From Rhizobium sp. Q54 (lineage in GTDB: Bacteria; Pseudomonadota; Alphaproteobacteria; Reyranellales; Reyranellaceae): DNA of 32,000 nucleotides. Location of the stretch: contig CAMDOT010000041.1 of the NCBI GenBank assembly GCA_945903635.1, positions 1 through 32,000 on the forward strand. The letters are read 5' to 3'. Below are positions 15,160 to 25,080 of this stretch, piece after piece (the stretch's first letter is position 1; the number at the start of each line of letters is the position of its first letter). The position numbers and the translations under genes were made by a program. Under the pieces are notes generated by a model, which ran no database searches, had not been told where the DNA came from, and saw only the letters and a program-made list of their open reading frames with translations.

Positions 15160-15426
15160 TCAGTCTTCCTGGACGCCAAATTCTTCGTCGATCTTGTTCT
15201 GGGCGATCGCATTCCAGACGCACAGGACCACGAAGGCGATCAATGAGCCCTGGGCCGCCATGTAGAAGCCGAGCGGAAAACCCAAGAACTTGATGGTGTT
15301 GAGTTGGATCGCGAACAGCGGGATGACGAAGCTGAAGAGGATCCACAAGGCGAAGATGATCCACATCAGCCGCGAGGTCTTGCTCCAGTATTTCTGCCTC
15401 TGTGCAGCATCGAATTGCTCAGCCAT
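15160..15426 (-). CDS. DUF4212 protein (putative solute:sodium symporter small subunit)
   Basis: 88-aa two-TM ORF: MAEQFDAAQRQKYWSKTSRLMWIIFALWILFSFVIPLFA...LGFPLGFYMAAQGSLIAFVVLCVWNAIAQNKID. This is the characteristic sequence and position for DUF4212. GAGGAG lies 9 nt upstream of the ATG. Confidence 0.9.
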   Translation of the reverse strand: MAEQFDAAQRQKYWSKTSRLMWIIFALWILFSFVIPLFAIQLNTIKFLGFPLGFYMAAQGSLIAFVVLCVWNAIAQNKIDEEFGVQED

Positions 15427-15652
15427 GCCCGTTGCTCCTCTTCAATCGCTCGTTGTGCAGCGGTGTGGGGGCGTGCATCCACGCGCCGGAACGACCGGTG
15501 TGGTTATGCGATTTGTGGACTTGCAGCACATGCTCTGCTTTGTCCTCCCCGTGGGCGCCGTGACACGACGCTCCTAGCTTCTTTATTTGTAGAGAGTACG
15601 GTGTGCCCCGCCACCGCCACAATCAGACCAAAGTCGAAGGCCTGACCTCAAG

Positions 15653-16261
15653 ATGTTGTCTTTCATCAAAGCGTTTCTGCCCAAGCCGAAGATCCGCAGC
15701 CTTGCTGCGCTGCAACAATTCCTCGATGGTGAGGCGGCTTACCTTGCTCAACGCTCGGTAGTCGACTTCGTGCGCAACGAACTCGGCAGCCTGAGCGCCC
15801 AAGCCTTCGCCGACCCGCGTTTCCAGGTCAAGATGACGGTGTCCCGCTGGGACGGGTTCGCCGCCATATTGGCCGATATGATCGGTCTTACACATGCGCA
15901 CCTGCTCGCCGCCGGCGTGCCGCGCGCGGCGCTCGACACTCACTTCGGCAATCTCTACGCCACCATCCTTGCCGGCCACCCGCCTCCCGATCACCGTCCC
16001 CAAGGGTGGGACCCCGAGATCGCTGCACTGCAAACACGCTTGGCCACCCGGCCCGTCGGCCCTGTCAATCCACAGGCCGATGCCACGGCGACCGGCTCCA
16101 TGGTCTTCGACACCCTTCCCTTCGTGCCGCGCGATCCGGTCGAGAGCCGCACGGTGCTCGCGGCCGCCTTCGCTTTCGGATTGATCGCCTTCAACGATCG
16201 GCTGAGGAGGCTGCTGATGGTGGCACCCCTCCACGAAGAACTCGTCGCTTCGAGGCAATGA
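15653..16261 (+). CDS. Hypothetical protein (202 aa), no recognisable family; first gene of the exonuclease/nucleotidyltransferase operon
   Basis: Long ORF with coding-like third-position GC. Its stop overlaps the next gene's start (ATGA at 16258-16261), implying translational coupling. The overlapping minus-strand ORFs are arginine/proline-rich shadow frames. Confidence 0.6.
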   Translation: MLSFIKAFLPKPKIRSLAALQQFLDGEAAYLAQRSVVDFVRNELGSLSAQAFADPRFQVKMTVSRWDGFAAILADMIGLTHAHLLAAGVPRAALDTHFGNLYATILAGHPPPDHRPQGWDPEIAALQTRLATRPVGPVNPQADATATGSMVFDTLPFVPRDPVESRTVLAAAFAFGLIAFNDRLRRLLMVAPLHEELVASRQ

Positions 16262-16920
16262 CCATTGCCGATCTCTTCGGCCGATACCTGCGTCGCACGG
16301 CGCCACATGGCCGCTGGAGCGGCCCCGCCCATACACCGCTCGAACGCCTGCCGCTGGTGGCGATCGATTGCGAGACAACGGGTCTCGATCCCAGGCGGGA
16401 TCGCATCGTTTCCTTCGCGGCGATCCGCATCGACGAGGGCCTGCGCGTAGCCGCCCGGCCTGCGCTCGATCTCCTGATCGACCCCGGCGTTGCCATCCCG
16501 GCCCGCGCCACGGCAATCCACGGCATCGACCGCGCGCAATTGGCCGGGGCTCCGTCCTTTGCCGAGGCTTTCGGGCACATTGTGGCGTGCCTCGAGGGCT
16601 CGGTCGTGGTCGGTCACCACGTCGGCTTCGATGTCGCCATCATCGGCCGCGAAGCGGCACGCGCACGGCGGTCCTGGCACGAGCCGCCGCATTTCGATAC
16701 CGCGAACCTGGCAGCGGCCCTCGGTCATCCGGCGGCGCACGTCGACCTCGCCGAATTGCTCAGCCATCTGGGTCTCGAACCCGGCGGGCACCGCCACAGC
16801 GCCGCGGGCGACGCGCGTATGGCGGCCGATCTGTTCGTCGCCTTGGCTCACCGCCTGATCGGCCGGGGCCATGGCACCTATGGCGGGGTGGCCGCCTTCC
16901 ATCGCGCGCCGCGCCGGTGA
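16258..16920 (+). CDS. DEDDh-type 3'-5' exonuclease (DNA polymerase III epsilon-like / RNase T family)
   Basis: Exo I VAIDCETTGLD, Exo II VVVGHHVGFDVAII, Exo III HSAAGDARMAADLF. Start chosen at ATG 16258 (MTIADLF...); the track ORF start at 16006 would overlap the upstream gene by 250 nt. Confidence 0.85.
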   Translation: MTIADLFGRYLRRTAPHGRWSGPAHTPLERLPLVAIDCETTGLDPRRDRIVSFAAIRIDEGLRVAARPALDLLIDPGVAIPARATAIHGIDRAQLAGAPSFAEAFGHIVACLEGSVVVGHHVGFDVAIIGREAARARRSWHEPPHFDTANLAAALGHPAAHVDLAELLSHLGLEPGGHRHSAAGDARMAADLFVALAHRLIGRGHGTYGGVAAFHRAPRR

Positions 16921-18385
16921 CACCGTGGATACGACCGCCCTCGAGCGTCTCGACTCGTTCCCCTACCGGCATCGCGTCAGCGAGCTGATGACGGCGCCGA
17001 TCGTCACGATCGATCCAGATCGGCCGGTCGCCGAGGCGACGCGCCTGATGAGCGAGCGGCGCATCAGCTCGGTGATCGTCCTCGATGCCGACCGGCGATT
17101 GCACGGCATCCTGACCGAGCGCGACGTGCTGCGCCTAGTCGCGGCCGGACCCGACAGACTCGCGGATCCGATCTCGGCGGCGATGACTACGCCCGTTCAC
17201 GCCATCGAAGCCGATGCGCCGATCTACCGGGCGCTCGCCCGCATGGCGCGCCTCGACGTGCGGCATCTGCCGGTCGTCGACGACGACAACCGCCCGATCG
17301 GCATGCTGACATCGAGCGCGCTCCTCAAGCAGCGCGCCTCTCTTGCCCTCACGCTGGGCGACGAGATCGCGCTGGCGCCCGACGGGCGCGCCCTTCGCGT
17401 GCTCCACGACCGGCTCCCGGCCCTGGTCCGCGCCCTTCGCAGCGAGGACGTGAGCGCGACGCAGGCGTCGTCCGTCGTTGCCGGCATTACGCGCGACCTC
17501 ACGGCGCGCGCCGGCGAGTTGGCGCTGGCCGAAATGAAATCGGCGGGGCAAGGCGAGCCGCCCGCCCCCTGGTGCCTGCTGGTGCTGGGGTCGGCCGGCC
17601 GCGGAGAATCGCTGCTGGCGCCAGACCAAGACAATGCGCTGATCCACGAAGGCGCCACCGAGGACGATGCCTGGTTCGCCGCCTTCGCCGAACGCCTCAA
17701 CCGGCTGCTCGACGAAGCCGGCGTGCCCTACTGCTCTGGCGGCGTGATGGCCAAGAACCCATCGTATCGCCATTCGCTCGCAGGCTGGCAGGCCCAGGTC
17801 GACGCGTGGGTCGCCCGGCCACAGCCGGAGGCGGTGCTGGGCGCCGACATTTTCTACGACTTCGCCGCGGTGCTGGGCACCCGTCGCCTCGCCGGCGTGC
17901 TCCGCCAGCATGCCACGCGCGCCGCCGGACACTCCCCCACCTTCCTCCACCAACTCGCTGCGGCAACCGAAGATGTTCCGCGGGCCACCGATCTGCTGGG
18001 TCGTCTGCGCACGCGTGAAGGCCGCATCGATCTCAAGCGATACGGGCTGTTTCCGATCGTGACTGCCGCGCGCGTCGTGGCTCTCGCTTGGGGATCGACC
18101 GCGACCGCGACGGATGCGCGCCTCGCCGAAGCGGCGACAAAAGGTGCATTCCCGGAGGATGCCGCGCGGTCGCTGGCCGAAGCGCGCGGCGTCATCGTCG
18201 AGACAATCCTCGACCAGCAACTCGAGGACGTCGCAGCCGGTCGCATCCCCGACAATCGGGTCGATCCCAGGCGGTTGGGCCGACGCGCCACTTCGCGACT
18301 GCGAGAAGCGCTCGCCACTTCCGCTGAGACGTCGGAGCTCGTTCACACGGCGCTGAGCAGCCGGCCGATCACGTCGTCTCCTTGA
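16871..18385 (+). CDS. CBS-pair + DUF294-type putative nucleotidyltransferase (with DUF294_C-like substrate-binding domain)
   Basis: Two CBS-like modules are present (VSELMTAPIVTIDPDRPVAEATRLMSERRISSVIVLD...; AAMTTPVHAIEADAPIYRALARMARLDVRHLPVVDD). They are followed by the polymerase-beta-fold motif LLVLGSAGRGESLLAPDQDNALIH and a helical C-terminal domain. The start is uncertain: ATG 16871 or 16880 overlap the exonuclease gene, while an in-frame GTG 16925 lies 5 nt after its stop. Confidence 0.8.
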   Translation: MAPMAGWPPSIARRAGDTVDTTALERLDSFPYRHRVSELMTAPIVTIDPDRPVAEATRLMSERRISSVIVLDADRRLHGILTERDVLRLVAAGPDRLADPISAAMTTPVHAIEADAPIYRALARMARLDVRHLPVVDDDNRPIGMLTSSALLKQRASLALTLGDEIALAPDGRALRVLHDRLPALVRALRSEDVSATQASSVVAGITRDLTARAGELALAEMKSAGQGEPPAPWCLLVLGSAGRGESLLAPDQDNALIHEGATEDDAWFAAFAERLNRLLDEAGVPYCSGGVMAKNPSYRHSLAGWQAQVDAWVARPQPEAVLGADIFYDFAAVLGTRRLAGVLRQHATRAAGHSPTFLHQLAAATEDVPRATDLLGRLRTREGRIDLKRYGLFPIVTAARVVALAWGSTATATDARLAEAATKGAFPEDAARSLAEARGVIVETILDQQLEDVAAGRIPDNRVDPRRLGRRATSRLREALATSAETSELVHTALSSRPITSSP

Positions 18386-18417
18386 CCGCGCGCGGCGACG
18401 GGGTTCAAGCTTTCATC

Positions 18418-19059
18418 ATGGTGACCGCCCCCTCCTTCCTGATCGCCGACGACCACCCGATGGTTCGCGACGCGCTCGCGTCGGCGCTCGGCCAGGCGTT
18501 CCCTGGCGCCGGGATTGCCATGGCCGCAACGCTCGGCCAGGTCCAGGCGGCACTTGAACGTGAGCCCGAGACCGACGCCCTGCTGCTCGATCTCGACATG
18601 CCCGGCATGGAGGGACTCACGGGCATCGCGTTGTTGCGCTCCGAGTATCCGATCGTGCCGATCATCGTCGTGTCCGCCGCGCGCGAACCGATCGTGGTAC
18701 GACGCGCCTACGAATTCGGTGCGTCGGCCTACATCGACAAGTCGGCTTCCCTCGAGGAAATCGTTGGAACCGTGGGGGCGGTGCTCGAGGGCGAGATATT
18801 CGCCCCGCCCGAGGCGGAGCTCCCTGATTCATTCGCGCAACGTGCGGCCCAGCTCACGCCTCAGCAGTGGCGTGTGCTTGCTCTCATGATTCAGGGCGAC
18901 CAGAACAAGCAGATTGCCCACAAGCTCGGCGTCGGTGAGGCGACCGTGAAGGCGCATGTGACGGTGATCCTGCGCAAACTGGGCGTCCGCTCGCGCACCC
19001 AGGCCGTGATCGAGGCGCGCGGCCTCGCCATTCCCGCGGCCGAACCGGTCAGGCCGTAA
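18418..19059 (+). CDS. Response regulator, REC + LuxR/FixJ-type HTH (CrbR/ErdR-like)
   Basis: The receiver domain reads FLIADDHPMVRDAL...LLLDLDMPGMEGL...VVSA...KS. The C-terminal HTH reads LTPQQWRVLALMIQGDQNKQIAHKLGVGEATVKAHVTVILRKLGV. ATG 18418 is preferred over the track's TTG 18382. Confidence 0.9.
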   Translation: MVTAPSFLIADDHPMVRDALASALGQAFPGAGIAMAATLGQVQAALEREPETDALLLDLDMPGMEGLTGIALLRSEYPIVPIIVVSAAREPIVVRRAYEFGASAYIDKSASLEEIVGTVGAVLEGEIFAPPEAELPDSFAQRAAQLTPQQWRVLALMIQGDQNKQIAHKLGVGEATVKAHVTVILRKLGVRSRTQAVIEARGLAIPAAEPVRP

Positions 19060-22000
19060 GCCGGCCCCCTCCCATACCAGTGCCCGAGGCGCGCATCCGC
19101 AGGAGCGCGCGCAGCGACGCCGGCTTCACCGGCTTGTGCAGCAATTCGACGTTTCGTGTCCGCGCCCTGAGGCGCAGCGTCGGATCGCGATCGGCGGTGA
19201 TGAGGGCCGCCGGCACGTCACGGTCCCACGCCCGGCGGAGCGCGTCGACGACTTCCAGCCCGTCGGGCCCTTCGTCGAGATGCAGGTCGGCCAGCACCAG
19301 GTCGGGCAGCCGGCCGGCCCGCACGACCTGCTCCAGCGCCTCGGCGTGGGTCGCCGCGACCGCCACGCGACAGCCCCAACCACTGAGCAGGGTCGCCATC
19401 GCCTCGCGCACGCGGGCCTCGTTGTCGATGCAGAGCACGAAGCTCTCCGCGTCGATCGACAGCATGGGCTGCGGCACCGGCGGCGCGACGGACGCCGCCA
19501 CCACGGCGGGCACGCGCGGCACGATCACCGAGAAGGTCGAGCCGCGGCCCGGCGCCGAGGCGAGGCCGACCGGCAGGTCGAGCATGCGCGCGATGCGGTC
19601 GACGATGGCGAGGCCAAGGCCGAGGCCCCGCTCCTCGCGTGGCGCCTCATCCTCGGGCTGCAGCCGCACGAATTCGTCGAAGATGATGACCTGCTTGTCG
19701 GCCGCGATGCCGGGCCCGTTGTCCTTGACCTCGATTCGGAGCGCCTCGCCGCCGCCTTCTCCCACAACCCGACGACAGCCGAGAAGCACGCGGCCCGGCC
19801 TGCCTTCCGCACGGCCATAGCGCAGCGCATTCGACAGCAGGTTCTGCAGGATGCGGCGCAGGAAGGCCGGATCGGTCGAAACGAAGGCCCGCGTCGGCAC
19901 GACGACCAGTTCAATGCCGCGACGCGCGGCAAGCGGCGCGAAGGCGGTGCCCAGCGACTCGAACATCGGCTGCAGAGCGAACGGCCGCTTCTCGGGCTTG
20001 AAGGCACCGGCATCGAGCTTGGAGATGTCGAGCAACGCATCGAGCAGCGATTCGACGGCACCGAGGCTGGTGTCGATCTTGCCGCCGAGGTCGTTGCCGG
20101 GATCGCGATCGATCATCGCAGCCGTGAACAGGCGGGCGGCATGCAGCGGCTGCAGCAGGTCGTGGCTGGCGGCGGCGATGAACCGCGTCTTGCCGAGGTT
20201 GGCGGCCTCGGCCTCGGCGCGACTGGCTTCCAGTTCTGCCGTGCGCTCGATCACACGCTGTTCCAGCGTCTCCGTCGATTGCCGCAACTGGTGGTCGCTC
20301 TCGCGCAGCGCCTGGGCGGTGTGCACGCGCGCCGTCACGTCGTTGCAGGTCGCCACGAACCCGTCGCCGGGCAGCGGATCCAGACGAAGCTCGATGACGC
20401 GGCCCTCGCGGGTGGCGATCTCGTGTGTCTGTGGCGCTACAGGCCGGCGCAGCAGGGCCACGACGTCGGGCGTGGCCCCGAACTGCTGCGGCGCCGCGCC
20501 GACCGCAACCGCGTCGTCGTCGAGCGACAGCAGGGTCGTGAAACGGTCGTTGAAGATTTCCAGGCGGCCGTCGCGATCGAAGGCGGCGATGCCCATGCCG
20601 ACGTGATCGAGCGTGTTGCGCAGGATCTCGTAGTTGTAGCGGATCGCTTCCGAGGCCTCGTCGATCAGGGCGCGCGCGCTGCGCGGCAGCAGCCGGCCGC
20701 GGCGCCCGACGGCGGCGATGATGATGCGCGCCGATGCCGAACCCAGCGTTCCCGACAGCACACGCTCGGCCCGCACCAGCGCGACCTCGATCGACAGCCG
20801 ATCGCCGGAGAGAGCGCGCAGGGCCCGTTCGGAACCGACGAAGCGGGCCAGGAGTTCGCGCAGCTCGTCGATGCGCGCGGCAGCGGCCGGCGCCTGCCGT
20901 TCCGGCTGCTCCGGCTCGGCGCCGAGGACAAAGGAGCCGGCCTGCTCGACGTCCCGGGCGATCGGCCGGGCCAGCAGCGATACGCCGACCAGCAGCAGGG
21001 TGTTGACGACGATGCACACCACGAACCCCTGCCCCACCGCATCGAGGTCGGACAGGGGCGACGGAAGGTAGGGGCTGAGCGGCGGCGCATGGCCGGCGCC
21101 CACGGTCTGGCGCAGGGTCGGCAGCAGCAGCGCGTAGAGCCAGACGATGAAACCACCGGCCAGGCCCGCCACCACCCCGTAGCGATGGGCGCCACGCCAG
21201 TAGAGGCCGAGCACGACACCGGGCGCCAGGTTGGCCACGGCGCAGAACGAGATCAGGCCGATCGAGGCGAGCGGCAGGTAGCCCGAGATGATGCGCTCGT
21301 AGGCGTAGCCCGCCATGAGAATGAGCACGACGGCGGCGCGGCGCACGAACACCACCAGCGGCCCCATTTCCCGCGCGGCACCTGCCTGCCGCCGCAGCAG
21401 ATAGGGCATGACCAGTTCGTTGCCGATCATGCCCGACAGCGCCATGCAGGCCACAATCACCATCGAGGTTGCGGCGGACAGGCCGCCGATGAACACGAAC
21501 GCCGACAGCCAGCTCTCGCCGTTGGCCAGCGGCAACTGCAGCACATAGAGATCGGGACTGATCTGCGGCCCGAGCAGCAGCAGGCCTGCCGCTGCAATCG
21601 GCATGACGAAAATATTGATCAGCACAAGATAGATCGGGAACAGCCAGCGCGCGGTCTTGAGGCTGGCGGGATGGCCGTGCTCGACCACAGCAACATGGAA
21701 CTGTCGCGGCAGGCAGAGGAACGCCATCGCCGACAGGAGCGACATCACGATCCAGTTGAGCGGCGTGCCCTCGCGCGTGACGCGCTCGGCGATGGCGGGC
21801 GCCGCGCCCAGCCGCGCCATCATGTCGGCGGGCCCATCGAACAGCACGAACAGCACGAACGGCCCCACTGTCAGCAGGGCCAATAGCTTGACCACCGATT
21901 CGAAGGCGATGGCCAGCATCATGCCGCGGTGCTGCTCCGAGGCGGAGACGTTGCGCACGCCGAACAGGATGGTGAACACGGCCATCAGGGCGGCCACGAT

Positions 22001-22492
22001 TAGCGAGGTGTCGGTGTGCACGACGCCGCCCGACACTCCGGGGATCGGCTCGGCGACGGTCTGGAACGAAGACGACACCGCCTGGAGCTGCAGGGCGATA
22101 TAGGGCAGCACGCCCACGGTGGCGAACAGCGTGGCTGTGACGCCGACGGCGCGGCTCTTGCCGTAGCGGGAGGCCAGGAAATCGGCGATCGACGTGACGT
22201 TGTGCTGCTTGGCCACGCGCACCATCTTGCGCAGCATCGGGTAGCCTAGGACCACCACGATGACCGGGCCGGTATAGATGAAGAGGAAGTCGATGCCGCT
22301 GGTGGCTGCACGGCCGACCGCCCCATAGAAGGTCCACGAGGTACAGTAGATGGCCAGCGACAGGCCATAGACGGCCGGCGCCACCGAACTGGCCGACCAG
22401 TCCCGGGCATATCGGTCGCCAAAATAGGCCACGGCGAAGAGCAGGCCGAGGTAGCCCAGCGACAGGGCAAGGACGGTTGGTTCCGCCAGCAT
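19049..22492 (-). CDS. Hybrid sensor histidine kinase with an N-terminal solute:sodium-symporter-like membrane domain, PAS, HisKA/HATPase and C-terminal receiver (CrbS/MxtR-like)
   Basis: 1147 aa. The first ~480 aa are polytopic and SSS-like (YFGDRYA...TSWTFYGAVGRAATSGIDFLFIYTGP, about 13 TM segments). Then follow a PAS segment (LRNTLDHVGMGIAAFDRDGRLEIFNDRF), the H-box FIAAASHDLLQPLHAARLF, the ATPase G-boxes (VKDNGPGI, GLGLGLAIV...GRGSTF) and a receiver (LCIDNEARVRE...DLVLADLHLDEGPDGLEV...HKP). Confidence 0.92.
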   Translation of the reverse strand: MLAEPTVLALSLGYLGLLFAVAYFGDRYARDWSASSVAPAVYGLSLAIYCTSWTFYGAVGRAATSGIDFLFIYTGPVIVVVLGYPMLRKMVRVAKQHNVTSIADFLASRYGKSRAVGVTATLFATVGVLPYIALQLQAVSSSFQTVAEPIPGVSGGVVHTDTSLIVAALMAVFTILFGVRNVSASEQHRGMMLAIAFESVVKLLALLTVGPFVLFVLFDGPADMMARLGAAPAIAERVTREGTPLNWIVMSLLSAMAFLCLPRQFHVAVVEHGHPASLKTARWLFPIYLVLINIFVMPIAAAGLLLLGPQISPDLYVLQLPLANGESWLSAFVFIGGLSAATSMVIVACMALSGMIGNELVMPYLLRRQAGAAREMGPLVVFVRRAAVVLILMAGYAYERIISGYLPLASIGLISFCAVANLAPGVVLGLYWRGAHRYGVVAGLAGGFIVWLYALLLPTLRQTVGAGHAPPLSPYLPSPLSDLDAVGQGFVVCIVVNTLLLVGVSLLARPIARDVEQAGSFVLGAEPEQPERQAPAAAARIDELRELLARFVGSERALRALSGDRLSIEVALVRAERVLSGTLGSASARIIIAAVGRRGRLLPRSARALIDEASEAIRYNYEILRNTLDHVGMGIAAFDRDGRLEIFNDRFTTLLSLDDDAVAVGAAPQQFGATPDVVALLRRPVAPQTHEIATREGRVIELRLDPLPGDGFVATCNDVTARVHTAQALRESDHQLRQSTETLEQRVIERTAELEASRAEAEAANLGKTRFIAAASHDLLQPLHAARLFTAAMIDRDPGNDLGGKIDTSLGAVESLLDALLDISKLDAGAFKPEKRPFALQPMFESLGTAFAPLAARRGIELVVVPTRAFVSTDPAFLRRILQNLLSNALRYGRAEGRPGRVLLGCRRVVGEGGGEALRIEVKDNGPGIAADKQVIIFDEFVRLQPEDEAPREERGLGLGLAIVDRIARMLDLPVGLASAPGRGSTFSVIVPRVPAVVAASVAPPVPQPMLSIDAESFVLCIDNEARVREAMATLLSGWGCRVAVAATHAEALEQVVRAGRLPDLVLADLHLDEGPDGLEVVDALRRAWDRDVPAALITADRDPTLRLRARTRNVELLHKPVKPASLRALLRMRASGTGMGGGRLTA

Positions 22493-22531
22493 GCGTGCGC
22501 GTTTCTCCCCATGTGCGCTTCTTGGGCGTTA

Positions 22532-22559
22532 TTGAACCCGTTCGACGGGGTCGCTACAA
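22532..22559 (+). promoter_or_regulatory. Candidate sigma-70-type promoter for ettA that would give a leaderless or near-leaderless mRNA
   Basis: TTGAAC (22532-22537), a 16-nt spacer, then CTACAA (22554-22559), with the ettA ATG 7 nt downstream at 22567. No Shine-Dalgarno sequence is present in GCTCGCC. This rests on motif resemblance only. Confidence 0.3.
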
Positions 22560-22566
22560 GCTCGCC

Positions 22567-24243
<1,677 letters not shown>

Positions 24244-24262
24244 GCGGCGGCCGGGGCGCAGC

Positions 24263-24715
24263 ATGGACCCGATGCACTACATGACGTGGGGCCCCGACTG
24301 GGCCTGGGGCATCCCGCTGATCGCGCTCAGCGTCGTCATCCACGTCTTCTTCCTCGCCACCTTCACCGCCCGGACCGAGCGGCTGCTCGCCCGCTTCGCC
24401 GACCACCGTCACTTTGTCCTCACCTTCGCCCTGGTGATGGGCGTCGCCGTGATCTTCGTCACCTTCCTGCACATCGTCGAGGGCGCCATCTGGGCGGCGG
24501 CCTATCGCTACATCGGCGCCATCGCCGACAACAAGTCGGCGATGCTCTATTCGATCGGTGCGCTCACCACCTACGGCCACGCCCCCATTATGCTCGAGCC
24601 CAAGTGGCAGATGATGGGGGCGCTCGAAGCGCTGAACGGCATGCTGCTGTTCGGCCTCACGACAGCGTTCCTGTTCGCCATGATCCAGCGCGTCTGGCCC
24701 GCCGCCAACCGGTAG
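24263..24715 (+). CDS. Small K+-channel-like (Ion_trans_2-like) membrane protein with a non-canonical filter sequence
   Basis: 150 aa with three hydrophobic helices. The segment SAMLYSIGALTTYGHAPIML...WQMMGALEALNGMLLFGLTTAFLF aligns by eye with the pore-helix/filter/inner-helix consensus a.YFS.vTlTTvGYGD..P....gr....e.l.G.ll.gl. However, it has TTYGH where TTVGYGD is expected. Confidence 0.5.
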   Translation: MDPMHYMTWGPDWAWGIPLIALSVVIHVFFLATFTARTERLLARFADHRHFVLTFALVMGVAVIFVTFLHIVEGAIWAAAYRYIGAIADNKSAMLYSIGALTTYGHAPIMLEPKWQMMGALEALNGMLLFGLTTAFLFAMIQRVWPAANR

Positions 24716-24768
24716 CCGGCCGCCCTGACCACGTAGCCCCGCACAGCGTGGCGCGCTATGCTCGACCC

Positions 24769-25047
24769 ATGGTCGCCAAGCCGCCGAACGCCGCACAGTT
24801 CATTTCCGATCTCTTGAACGCCGTCCGCGACCTCACGGGCCACCGGCCGCCGCCTACCTGGACGCACATCGATAAGGTTCAGCGCAAGCTGGGCATCGGC
24901 AGCGCCGATGCGGTCGAGGCCGCGATCCGCCTGTCCGTCGCCAAGGGCTGGCTGCGGACCGACGGCGATCCGGCCTCATCGGTCACGCTCACCGTCGACG
25001 GCGTCAAGCTGATCGAGCCCAAGTCGGGTGGACGGGCCGGCGGCTAG
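24769..25047 (+). CDS. Hypothetical protein (92 aa)
   Basis: This is the in-frame tail of track ORF 24286..25047, starting at ATG 24769 (MVAKPPNAAQFISDLLNAVRDL...). It has strongly GC-rich third positions. The helix-rich text ...LGIGSADAVEAAIRLSVAKGWLRTDG... is vaguely winged-helix-like. No family assigned. Confidence 0.5.
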   Translation: MVAKPPNAAQFISDLLNAVRDLTGHRPPPTWTHIDKVQRKLGIGSADAVEAAIRLSVAKGWLRTDGDPASSVTLTVDGVKLIEPKSGGRAGG

Positions 25048-25080
25048 GACAGCTTTGCCCAGTAGGCGCGACGAAGACGG

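Noticed and set aside
19136-21886. 916-aa plus-strand ORF and the 808-aa minus-strand ORF 19911..22337
   Set aside because: Both overlap the 1147-aa hybrid kinase, antisense or out of frame. Their translations are Arg/Pro/Ala-rich without motifs, whereas the kinase frame carries complete SSS, PAS, H-box, ATPase and REC signatures.
22477-22566. Upstream start for ettA (track ORF start 22477), and similarly 16006 for the exonuclease and 628 for Bug copy 1
   Set aside because: The extensions are non-homologous to the respective families and overlap neighbouring genes or promoters. The internal ATGs give canonical N-termini.
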